A stretch of DNA of 64,000 bases from an uncultured delta proteobacterium. GTDB taxonomy: Bacteria; Desulfobacterota; Desulfuromonadia; Geobacterales; DSM-12255. The notes beneath the pieces are model-generated. The model was not told the DNA's origin, made no database searches, and worked only from the letters and a program-made list of their open reading frames with translations. This document shows positions 11,781 through 20,609 of this stretch, piece after piece (the first letter of the stretch is position 1; the number at the start of each line of letters is the position of its first letter). The DNA lies in assembly GCA_963787125.1 (NCBI GenBank), contig CAWBBV010000001.1, positions 32,001 through 96,000 of the forward strand, read 5' to 3'. Made by a program: the position numbers and the translations under genes.

Positions 11781-11847
11781 ACAAAACCCCTCTGTTAGTG
11801 TTCAATTGCGGTATATTTTTGTAGCTTCGAGCGGCGATAATCCAATC

Positions 11848-13422
11848 TCAAGCCGTTACGGCATCAAAGGTATCAGCGGTCACGCCGGTAGATTTCAATT
11901 CCGCCTTTTTGATCCTGAAAGTCTCAGTTCTGGGAAAATCGTCCACCAGCCGCAGATACCGCGGGATACAAAACCTGGCGAGCTTGCCCTGGAGAAAATC
12001 CCATAGCTCCTTACCAGTAAGGCTGTTGCCATCCACAAGCTTGAATGAGGCCATGATATTGTCTTCGGTCAACTCCGAGGGGACAGCATATACCGCTGCT
12101 TCCAGTACGTCAGGATGCTTGAGAATGGCCTGTTCCACCTCATAGGCAGACACATTCTCCCCCCTGCACCTCATGGAATCCGTACTGCGGCCAACGAAGT
12201 AGACATATCCCTGATCGTCCTGATACATCAGGTCACCGGTATATTCCCATTCACCCCTGGTTTTTTCTCCCGATGCATCCGGATTTTTATAATACTCGAC
12301 AGAACTTTTCCTGGTCGTGTCTATCTTGAACAGTAGCTCTCCGGTTGAGCCGGCCGACACATCATCCCCCTGGTCATCAACAAGCTTGATAATGGCGTTC
12401 ATCGGCTTGCCGATGGAGCCCTTTGGTCCGTCACCGAAATTGGCAATGGATCCTGAGCCGTCAACTGCTGCATAGGCCTCCCATATTTTCACCTTGAACC
12501 TTTCCTCGAACGGTTCCCACATGTCCGCTGGACACCCTGCTGACAATACCTTCTCCACCTGATGGCTCTTTTCAAAAAGGCTCCGGGGCTGTTTCATCAG
12601 GATCGGAATGAGGGCGCCGATGGTATTGAATATGGTGGCCTTTGACCTGGTCACCTCTTCCCAGAAACTGCTGGCGGAAAACTGTTTGGACAGCGCCACC
12701 CTGCAGCCCACTATCAACGCGGAGGTGACGGTAACATAGAGCGCATTACCGTGGAACAGTTGCAGTGAGGTGTAATATACGGAATCCGGGGTGAGAATTA
12801 TGGCGGCAAGCATCTTGAGGCGATTAATGACATTTTTGTTGTAACGCATGACCACCCCCTTTGGCAGGCCGGTTGTGCCGGAGGTGTACATGAGCATCAG
12901 GATGTTATTCTCGTCAAAGTCCACGACCGGTTTAGTTGTGGAGATATCCTTACTGAACTGGTCCTTGAGGTCGATCATCCCGGCGGGAACCTGAAAACCG
13001 GCTGGCGCCTCCATGGTATTAACGATTACCCTCTCCAGCTTTGGAGTTTTGTCGACAACGCTCGTGAAGATATCGATCAGGTCGTAATCAACGACCAGAA
13101 ATCTCGTGTCACTGTTGTCGATGGTGTAGGCAAGCTGGTCGCTGCGCAATGAAGTGTTGACCGTGTTGACGTACATGCCAATCTTCTGGACACCGAAAAA
13201 GATGTCGAGGAACTGTGACGAGTTGTTCATCAGGGTTGCGATGCCATCGCCCGGGGCTCCTCCGAGCTTCAGGAGAAAGTTGGCGGTCCTGTTGGCGTTC
13301 AGGTCCATCTCGGCGTAACTGATATAGCGGTCCTGATGGACAATATGGAGAAATGGTTTATCTTTCAGTCTTGCCGACTGTTCTTCCAAAAGGGCAGCCC
13401 AATTGTTAGCAGTTGTAATCAT
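11848..13422 (-). CDS. AMP-dependent acyl-CoA ligase (CaiC/FATP-like)
   Basis: YTSGTTGLPKG P-loop, YTGDL, YFVGR..D..R.RGENVS. Confidence 0.92.
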   Translation of the reverse strand: MITTANNWAALLEEQSARLKDKPFLHIVHQDRYISYAEMDLNANRTANFLLKLGGAPGDGIATLMNNSSQFLDIFFGVQKIGMYVNTVNTSLRSDQLAYTIDNSDTRFLVVDYDLIDIFTSVVDKTPKLERVIVNTMEAPAGFQVPAGMIDLKDQFSKDISTTKPVVDFDENNILMLMYTSGTTGLPKGVVMRYNKNVINRLKMLAAIILTPDSVYYTSLQLFHGNALYVTVTSALIVGCRVALSKQFSASSFWEEVTRSKATIFNTIGALIPILMKQPRSLFEKSHQVEKVLSAGCPADMWEPFEERFKVKIWEAYAAVDGSGSIANFGDGPKGSIGKPMNAIIKLVDDQGDDVSAGSTGELLFKIDTTRKSSVEYYKNPDASGEKTRGEWEYTGDLMYQDDQGYVYFVGRSTDSMRCRGENVSAYEVEQAILKHPDVLEAAVYAVPSELTEDNIMASFKLVDGNSLTGKELWDFLQGKLARFCIPRYLRLVDDFPRTETFRIKKAELKSTGVTADTFDAVTA

Positions 13423-13463
13423 AGTGTCTCCTTCTATTTAAGGTAGTTTGATAAGTGCGGCGG

Positions 13464-14531
13464 CTATTTCAATTTAGGCAGGCTCAAGCCGCCATGGTCA
13501 ATGGTCTTGAAGAACTTTGAAAAGCCATAACCTGATTCAAGACGAATCGCTTTTGACGGACAGATAGCCACGCAATCTCCACAGGCCATACAATCAGACC
13601 CGGCTTTCATGGCAGGCTTATTCTCCTTCATCACTATGGAACAAGCCGGACAGATCCGTTCACAGGTTCCACACCCGTTACAGTTGCCATAATCAAAGCG
13701 CAGCTCTCCCCAGCTGGTCTGGGCAGGATCCGTGTAGTCCGGGATGGTGAACCTTTCGGCAAGACTGATTTCAGCAGCAGTGCCGCTGCAGTCGGTAACC
13801 GTTTTCTCACCATTTTCGTACCAGTCTACCCGATGGGTTGACCGCTCCACAAAGCCATCGGGGTTCCCCGCAGGCCAGCCGATGGCCAGGCTGGAAATGA
13901 ATTTGTAAGGGTATTTGATGCCAAAGCGCTTGTTCCATTTGAAGCCCGGATAATCGAAAGCCACCCTGGAAAAACTTACCCAGCAGGTTCCAAGCCCCAT
14001 GCTGTGTGCTGCCAGAGCCATGTTCTGGCCGGCTATACCGCAATCAAGGTCAGGATTGGAGACACCGCGGCGGTCCTTGAAGATCATGATGACTGTCGGT
14101 GCTCCATGGTAGAGGGATAGCCTGCCATCAGCAATGAGGGGGATAGCGCCGAAGGGGACAGGGTGGAGTTTCGCCGGCATCAGCAAGGTGAAGAGCTTTG
14201 CCAGCGGCAGTTTCCAGGAGTTGCCGGGGGTGCGGTACTCCAGGAATGCCTTGAAAAATCTGCAGATCTTGACAACCGATGCTGTGAGTTCACTGATTAT
14301 CCGTGGTTCCCTGATCACAACAAATTTCCAGGGTTGGCAGTTCCCGGCAGAAGGGGCAAATCTGCCGGCTTCCAGAATCCGCTTCACCAGCTGTTCGGGA
14401 ACCTGCTCCTGCTTATACCAGCGGACGCTTCTTCTCTTCAGGATGGTCAACTCCGTAGCGGTGAAGTTCTCCTGAACATGTTTCAGGGATTGGCCGGCAC
14501 CCTGGGTCTCCCCCATATTGTCAACTAGCAT
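13464..14531 (-). CDS. Nitroreductase with C-terminal 2x[4Fe-4S] ferredoxin domain
   Basis: RRSVR, APSAGNCQPW, LAAHSMGLGTCW; CNGCGTCERICP and CMACGDCVAICP; start chosen at ATG 14531. Confidence 0.9.
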   Translation of the reverse strand: MLVDNMGETQGAGQSLKHVQENFTATELTILKRRSVRWYKQEQVPEQLVKRILEAGRFAPSAGNCQPWKFVVIREPRIISELTASVVKICRFFKAFLEYRTPGNSWKLPLAKLFTLLMPAKLHPVPFGAIPLIADGRLSLYHGAPTVIMIFKDRRGVSNPDLDCGIAGQNMALAAHSMGLGTCWVSFSRVAFDYPGFKWNKRFGIKYPYKFISSLAIGWPAGNPDGFVERSTHRVDWYENGEKTVTDCSGTAAEISLAERFTIPDYTDPAQTSWGELRFDYGNCNGCGTCERICPACSIVMKENKPAMKAGSDCMACGDCVAICPSKAIRLESGYGFSKFFKTIDHGGLSLPKLK

Positions 14532-14925
14532 ATTTTTCACCTTTATCCCTGCGCATGGCTGCCAGAAACAAGACTGTCCAGACAAGATCAACAAGCGCGG
14601 AGAAAAAGCCGATGAGCGTAATTTCTTTAAGCAGGTAGAGGCTGCCCAGGGTGAAAAAGATGATCAGCTTGGCGAGGCATCCAGTCCATATTACCGCTTC
14701 GTTTCTGTCAGGATCACGGGATACCAGATAGTAACCGATGGCGAAAACTGCCACTGCTACCCAGAAGAAGGCAAAGAAGGTCAGGGGCACGACTCCTGAT
14801 ATGGCGGTTTTTGAGCCGAACAGCAGCCAGAGGGTGGTCTGCGGCATTATCAGGCCGGTCAGGGCAAACGCCATGTTCCAGAGCGCTCCCAGAAAATAGA
14901 TTGTCTTACGGGTTTTTATCTTCAT
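14521..14925 (-). CDS. Hypothetical 4-TM membrane protein
   Basis: Four hydrophobic segments; tightly packed in operon; ATG 14925. Confidence 0.75.
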   Translation of the reverse strand: MKIKTRKTIYFLGALWNMAFALTGLIMPQTTLWLLFGSKTAISGVVPLTFFAFFWVAVAVFAIGYYLVSRDPDRNEAVIWTGCLAKLIIFFTLGSLYLLKEITLIGFFSALVDLVWTVLFLAAMRRDKGEKYAS

Positions 14926-14938
14926 GCGCGCAGCCCCC

Positions 14939-15766
14939 CTAAAGGCCCAATATTTTATCCAGAATCCCCCGGGCATGGAGGAAAGCGTTAAGCCTGAAAT
15001 AGGTGTTTGGCGCCATCCTCTTCAGAAACCACAAGATTTTGGCATCAGGTTGAGGATGAACGTACAGCCTGTTCTTTCTGATCGCCCTGCAGGTCGCCCG
15101 GCAAACGCTTTCCACCGAACCGAACGCGAACTTGCTGAAAAATGAGTCCGCCATCCTGAAATGACGGTTATCGGTACAACGCGCCCGGCTCATAAGATTT
15201 GACTTAAAGAAGGTCGGGCAGACAACTGTCACGCCGATATTGCTGCCGCTTAACTCAACCCGGAGTGTCTCTGACAGGGAGATGACGCCGGCTTTCGTAA
15301 CATTATAAGGGGCCATCTCCGGCAAGGAACAGATCCCGGCAGCAGATGCCGTGTTAACGATATGTCCCCACCCCTGTTTTTTGAAGATTGGAATGAACGT
15401 TTGACAACCGTAGATGGCACTCATGAGCATGACATCAATCTCGAACCGCCAATCCTCCAGGGACACCTTCTCCATGAACCCTAATACCGGCACACCGGCA
15501 TTGTTGATGACGATATCAACCGTGCCCCATCTGGCAAGCACGGTTTCGGCAAGGGCTTGCACCTCTGCCGGGTTTGTAACATCACAACAGACGGGAAAAC
15601 CCTGGCCACTGCCGTTCATGAGCTGGACCGTCTCGACGGCACTGGCGAGATTGATGTCGCTAACCGCAACTCTCCAGCCCAGGCGGGCAAATTCCAATGC
15701 GAGGCCCCGGCCCAGGCCACTGCCAGCGCCGGTGATAACCACCGTCCTTGTTTTGAAACGGTCCAT
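14939..15766 (-). CDS. Short-chain dehydrogenase/reductase
   Basis: TGAGSGLG, NNAG, NTAS, YNVTK catalytic motif. Confidence 0.95.
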   Translation of the reverse strand: MDRFKTRTVVITGAGSGLGRGLALEFARLGWRVAVSDINLASAVETVQLMNGSGQGFPVCCDVTNPAEVQALAETVLARWGTVDIVINNAGVPVLGFMEKVSLEDWRFEIDVMLMSAIYGCQTFIPIFKKQGWGHIVNTASAAGICSLPEMAPYNVTKAGVISLSETLRVELSGSNIGVTVVCPTFFKSNLMSRARCTDNRHFRMADSFFSKFAFGSVESVCRATCRAIRKNRLYVHPQPDAKILWFLKRMAPNTYFRLNAFLHARGILDKILGL

Positions 15767-15789
15767 AAACCACCCCTTATCTTGACTGA

Positions 15790-17052
15790 TTAACCTTGCT
15801 GCACCCTTTCCAGAATATGGATAGTCATGGCCGCCTCTTCAAAGGCGAGACTCCCCCCGCCATTTTGCCCGAGTCCCAACCGGCACCCTTCAACCTGACG
15901 CGGTCCGGCCTCATGGCGGAGCTGGGTGACAAGCTCGTGGATCATGGCCAGCCCGGACGCGCCCACCGGATGGCCGCGCGACTCCAGCCCCCCGGAGGTA
16001 TTCAGCGGAATTTTACCGCCAAGCTTTGTTGCGCCGCTTTCGGCAAAGAGGCCACCTTCACCCGCCTTGCAAAAGCCCAATGACTCACATTGATGCAGCT
16101 CACCGAAGGCAGTGGCATCGTGGACCTCGGCAAGATTGATATCTTCAGGACCGACTCCCGCCGCATTGTAGGCCTGCAGGGAGAGCCTCGCCCCTATGTC
16201 CAGCTCAAGCCGGTCGTGCTTCCGGTTGGTGCCGGAACCGAGGATTGATGCCCGGATCCTGACCGGACGCGGATTCTTGAGTTTCTTCAAAAAATCTTCA
16301 GAGCAGACAATGGCAGCAGCGGCTCCATCACCGACAGGAGCACACATCGGCACGGTCAGAGGCCAGACCACCGACTTGCCGGCAAGAACTTCTGCAACGG
16401 ACATGTCTTTCTGAAACTGGGCATTGGGATTCATGGAGCCATGGTAATGGTTTTTGGCTGCGATGACGGCCAGCTGCCGCTGAGTGGTGCCGAAAGTGGC
16501 CATGTGCCATCTGACCGCGCAAGCGTAGACATCCATGAAGGCACTTCGGGACAAACCGGCTCCCGAGCCGGCGTCATCAGGGGGAATGTCGAGCTTCACT
16601 CCCGCCATGATCCCATGCAGGGCCAGCATCTGTGCCTGCATGTTGGCGACATCTATCCCCGAATTAAAAGCCATAAAGGTTTTTGCCTTATCCTCGCTAT
16701 ATATTTTTTCCATGCCGATGGCCAGGGAGCATTCGAACATGCCGCTGGCCACATCCTTGTAGGCAGAATGGAGTGCCGTGGAAGCAGAGGCGCAGGCGTT
16801 CTCCACATTGGTGACGGGAATCCCCTCGATCCCCAGGGGACGCAGCGCCACCTGACCTTTTATGGAATGCTGCCTGTTAAAGAATCCCCAGGCGGTATTG
16901 GCAAAAAATGCCGATTGGATGTCACCGACCTTGATTTCCCCTGCATCTTCCATGGTTCGGTAAAAGGCGTCTGCCACAAGCTCCTTTTCGGTGCGCTCCA
17001 AATGCTTGCCAAAACGGGTGGTACCGGCTGCAACTATATAAACATCCCGCAT
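15790..17052 (-). CDS. Thiolase family protein (SCP2/lipid-transfer type)
   Basis: VENACASAS, EVHDA, SGGLESRGHPVGASG; AGGAG RBS before ATG 17052. Confidence 0.93.
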   Translation of the reverse strand: MRDVYIVAAGTTRFGKHLERTEKELVADAFYRTMEDAGEIKVGDIQSAFFANTAWGFFNRQHSIKGQVALRPLGIEGIPVTNVENACASASTALHSAYKDVASGMFECSLAIGMEKIYSEDKAKTFMAFNSGIDVANMQAQMLALHGIMAGVKLDIPPDDAGSGAGLSRSAFMDVYACAVRWHMATFGTTQRQLAVIAAKNHYHGSMNPNAQFQKDMSVAEVLAGKSVVWPLTVPMCAPVGDGAAAAIVCSEDFLKKLKNPRPVRIRASILGSGTNRKHDRLELDIGARLSLQAYNAAGVGPEDINLAEVHDATAFGELHQCESLGFCKAGEGGLFAESGATKLGGKIPLNTSGGLESRGHPVGASGLAMIHELVTQLRHEAGPRQVEGCRLGLGQNGGGSLAFEEAAMTIHILERVQQG

Positions 17053-17098
17053 CTGATAACTCCTTTTATATTTGCCTGGTTTCGCCTGCCCTTTATAG

Positions 17099-17114
17099 AG
17101 CAAGGAGCATGCCG
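17099..17114 (-). promoter_or_regulatory. Sigma-54 -24/-12 promoter of thiolase operon
   Basis: Minus strand CGGCATG-CTCC-TTGCT matches YGGCAYR-N4-TTGCW with exact GG-N10-GC spacing; adjacent to divergent sigma-54 activator gene. Confidence 0.85.
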
Positions 17115-17119
17115 CCTCG

Positions 17120-17132
17120 CAACTGACTGATA
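17120..17132 (-). promoter_or_regulatory. Putative IHF binding site
   Basis: TATCAGTCAGTTG matches WATCAR-N4-TTR, immediately upstream of the sigma-54 site. Confidence 0.6.
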
Positions 17133-17169
17133 TAACTAGGTATATGCAAGCGGGTCAAAGGGTATTGTT

Positions 17170-17202
17170 TTTATTGAGACACTTTGCGACTTTATTAAGA
17201 CA
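17170..17202. promoter_or_regulatory. Direct repeat, candidate upstream activator sequence
   Basis: TTTATTGAGACA (17170-17181) and TTTATTAAGACA (17191-17202), 21-bp period. Confidence 0.45.
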
Positions 17203-17264
17203 TTCGAGCTTTGCAATAATAGCGGAGTTTGCTATTTTAACCCCCGGCTATCGTGAGGTGATAA

Positions 17265-20200
17265 ATGACTGTCATATTTTTTGATCTGGGCCCGGAGCAA
17301 TGGCGATTTCTCGCTGTACTGGAAGCTTTGGGGGGCACCCTTCATATTGACATTCTCGACAGCCTCGCGCCTTTGTCCGCCGGCCAACTGGTAGACATCC
17401 TGAAGAAGACTGCTGCCACAGGTACACTCATTCAGGAACAGAGCGGGCTGTTTTCTCTTGCCAATCCTCTTGCCACACCTTTGGCGAGAAAACTTGACCT
17501 GGTGAACAGGGGCGCAAGCCTCTCAGCTTTGGTGGACGTAATATATTCAGGAAAGATTGAGAACCGGCTCGACCCTCGCAGGCTCATCGCCCTTCTGGAC
17601 AGGTCAGGCAGGGATCTTGAGGCGGGCATGCTTGAATTTAGCCTTGTGGATCTGGAAAAAGAGCGCGGTTCTGATCTTGAGGTCATTCACACGCTCCTCC
17701 TGAGGGGAGTCAACCGGCTGAAGAACCTTGCCCTGGATCCTGATACAAGCTCAATTTATATTGCCCGGGCCTTGAAGCTATCCAATCTTTGCTTTGTATT
17801 GGGGCGGGGAATCGGTGAACTGGACGAAATCCTTGACACCGCCCAGCTGTTGGCAACCAGGCTGGGCGACAAACGTTCCCAGGCCCTGATCAATCTCAAT
17901 GTGGGGATGCTTTACTATTTTACCGGCCGGAGGGGGGAAGCCTTTTTAGTGTTGTCAGTTGGACTGGAAAAAGTCAACGAGCTGGGGGATGAGGATATCC
18001 TCTCCCAGTCCGCCGAATATATTGCCATTTTTTATTTTATGAAAGGTCAGTTCCGGGAGGTTATGAAGCACCTGGAGCATCTGGAAAATCTCATCGACTT
18101 TAATGTTGAGACTATTCAGACCATGACCTATATAGTTTTCAGCTACAGCGCTCTCTATCTGGGCCAGTTCCATCGCGCCTTCGGCTTCCTTGATTCAAAT
18201 CTCCGCATTGCCGAAGAGAACTCCAATAAGGCTCTGGCTTCTGTCTTGAGGAGCGTCCTCGGTACGACGCTGATACTGGTAAAAAGATACAGTGAAGCAG
18301 AACTCCATCTCAACCGGGCCAGACAAGAGTCACTCGATTGCGACAATGCCTTCGGCTACCACTATTCCGGCGGCGGCCTTGCCTTTCTCTATTTCACAAC
18401 TGGAGATTTAAGTAAAAGTTACGCGATCTACAAGGACACCGTGGAAAAGGTGATGCAGGCCGGACTGCTGCAGCAGTATTCATCCCCCTGGATTCTGGAA
18501 ATCTTTCACGAATTTCATCGCCGGGGATTCGAGCCCCTTCCGTACTGGAATTACCTCGACAACATGGAAATGACATTGAACGGAGTCAATGTTCAACTGA
18601 GGGGTGTGGCGTTACGGCTTAAGGTTCAGGACCGGATTGATCAGGGATTCAGGGAAAAGGGGCCGTTACTCGCCGACCTTGAGGCCAGCAGGACCTGTCT
18701 TGAAATCTCAGGGAACAATATGCAACTGGCTAAGACAGTCCTGGAGATTGCCCATCTGGAACTACTCCATAACAATAAGGACGCAGCACGGGGGTATGCC
18801 CAGGAAGCATGGCGTCTGTTCGGTGGCCATGCAGATGACTTTTTCCCTGATCAGTACAAGTTGCTGCTGGAGAAAAAACAGTTTTCTCCCGATCAACAAT
18901 CAGCCAGAAACGATTATCTCAGTCGCTACTTTGAGGAGATGGCAGCGATCAAAACCAGCCAGGGGCAGGAAGAGACGTTGAGCAAAGCGATTATCTCAAC
19001 GAACCGGTTTTTTGGCGCCGAACGTGGCGGCATCTTCTGGTTTGCCGACGGCAATTTCACCAGAAGCCCTGAACTCCGGGCGGTAAGCAATCTGACCAAA
19101 GAGGAGGTTGAGTCACCCCGCTTTAAACCATGCCTGGAACACGTATTCAAAGCCTTCCGTACCAAAAAGCCTCTGGTCGTCAGGAATGATCCAGTGGAGA
19201 CAGCAATGAAGGGCGAGAAGACCCGCTCCGTCCTCTGTTTGCCTTTTGAGGTTCAGGGAATGACTCGTGGCGTCATCTACCACGATAATTCGTACATGCA
19301 GGATGCTTTCGATTTCCTCGATCCGGCGATGATGGCATTTCTGGCCCGTCACACATCTGACATAATAGATTCCCTGCTGAACACCATGAAGATCAAGGAT
19401 GAAAAGGAGAAACTCTCACGGGAGCGGGTCACCTGTCAGCAGGCGTATAATAAACTGCAGCTTATCGCCGGGTCACAGGTCATGCGGGATCAGCTTGCCA
19501 TGGCCGGGCAGGTCGCTGCGACCGGTTCGAACGTGCTTCTTCTCGGGGAGACCGGAACAGGTAAAGGGGTGTTTGCCCGCTGGGTTCATGAAAACAGCCC
19601 GCGAACTAATGGTCCATTTATTGAGGTGGACTGTACGACAATTCCGGAGAATCTGGTGGAGAGCGAACTGTTCGGCTATGAGAAGGGAGCCTTTACCGGA
19701 GCGGTCAATCAGAAGCTCGGCAGGGTCGAGCTGGCGCATAACGGGACACTTTTTCTTGACGAAATCGGCGAGCTGCCGCTACATCTCCAGACCAAACTCT
19801 TAAAGACATTGGAGGAAAAAACCTTTGTCAGGATCGGGGGTGGACGGGTCATCAAGTCGGACTTCCGTCTGATTGCAGCCACCAACCGCAACCTGAAGAA
19901 TGAGGTCAGTATTGGTCGTTTCCGGGAGGATCTCTACTATCGACTTAATGTTTTCCCGCTGTCCATTCCCCCATTGAGAGAGCGAGCTGAGGATATTATT
20001 GAGCTGGCGAGGTATTTTGTTGAGTTCTACGCCAGAAAAAACGGCAGGACCGGCCTGGAACTTTCACGCGAAGACCTGAAGATCCTGCTGAATTATTCCT
20101 GGCCGGGCAATGTCAGGGAACTGCAAAATGTAATCGAAAGAGCAATTATTCTGGCAAAAGGCGACAAGCTGCTGATTCCCCTGTTTCCCACAGGCGCAGA

Positions 20201-20411
20201 GTCGGATTCCAGGGGAATCTTCGCTGACTTGCCAACGCTGGATGAGCTGCAACGATGCTACATCCTGCACGTATTCGAGCATACCAAAGGGAAGGTGAGT
20301 GGCCCTGGTGGAGCTGCTGACATCCTTGGCATGAAGCGGACAAGCCTTTACTCCCGAATGAGATCGCTGGATATGGATTTCAAGGGAAAAGGGAGCATAA
20401 ATGGAGAGTAG
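17265..20411 (+). CDS. Sigma-54-dependent enhancer-binding protein with long helical (TPR-like) N-terminus and GAF domain
   Basis: GETGTGK Walker A, ELFGYEKGAFTGA, LFLDEIGE, FREDLYYRLNV, WPGNVRELQN, C-terminal Fis-type HTH. Confidence 0.95.
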   Translation: MTVIFFDLGPEQWRFLAVLEALGGTLHIDILDSLAPLSAGQLVDILKKTAATGTLIQEQSGLFSLANPLATPLARKLDLVNRGASLSALVDVIYSGKIENRLDPRRLIALLDRSGRDLEAGMLEFSLVDLEKERGSDLEVIHTLLLRGVNRLKNLALDPDTSSIYIARALKLSNLCFVLGRGIGELDEILDTAQLLATRLGDKRSQALINLNVGMLYYFTGRRGEAFLVLSVGLEKVNELGDEDILSQSAEYIAIFYFMKGQFREVMKHLEHLENLIDFNVETIQTMTYIVFSYSALYLGQFHRAFGFLDSNLRIAEENSNKALASVLRSVLGTTLILVKRYSEAELHLNRARQESLDCDNAFGYHYSGGGLAFLYFTTGDLSKSYAIYKDTVEKVMQAGLLQQYSSPWILEIFHEFHRRGFEPLPYWNYLDNMEMTLNGVNVQLRGVALRLKVQDRIDQGFREKGPLLADLEASRTCLEISGNNMQLAKTVLEIAHLELLHNNKDAARGYAQEAWRLFGGHADDFFPDQYKLLLEKKQFSPDQQSARNDYLSRYFEEMAAIKTSQGQEETLSKAIISTNRFFGAERGGIFWFADGNFTRSPELRAVSNLTKEEVESPRFKPCLEHVFKAFRTKKPLVVRNDPVETAMKGEKTRSVLCLPFEVQGMTRGVIYHDNSYMQDAFDFLDPAMMAFLARHTSDIIDSLLNTMKIKDEKEKLSRERVTCQQAYNKLQLIAGSQVMRDQLAMAGQVAATGSNVLLLGETGTGKGVFARWVHENSPRTNGPFIEVDCTTIPENLVESELFGYEKGAFTGAVNQKLGRVELAHNGTLFLDEIGELPLHLQTKLLKTLEEKTFVRIGGGRVIKSDFRLIAATNRNLKNEVSIGRFREDLYYRLNVFPLSIPPLRERAEDIIELARYFVEFYARKNGRTGLELSREDLKILLNYSWPGNVRELQNVIERAIILAKGDKLLIPLFPTGAESDSRGIFADLPTLDELQRCYILHVFEHTKGKVSGPGGAADILGMKRTSLYSRMRSLDMDFKGKGSINGE

Positions 20412-20609
20412 CCAGGGCCATGAATTTATTTCGTTGCATGAATGGAAAATATTATCCGCTCGGCGGAGATCAGTGCAGCCGGGTTTTTTAACTGCCTGAA
20501 ATCGGGAAAATAGATTGAATTCAGTTATACTTATAAGGCTAATTTGGGTCAGTTGTTTTAATTAGAAATTAAGGCCATCCTTGCGGCGGTCAGCAGCAGA
20601 GGCAACAGC

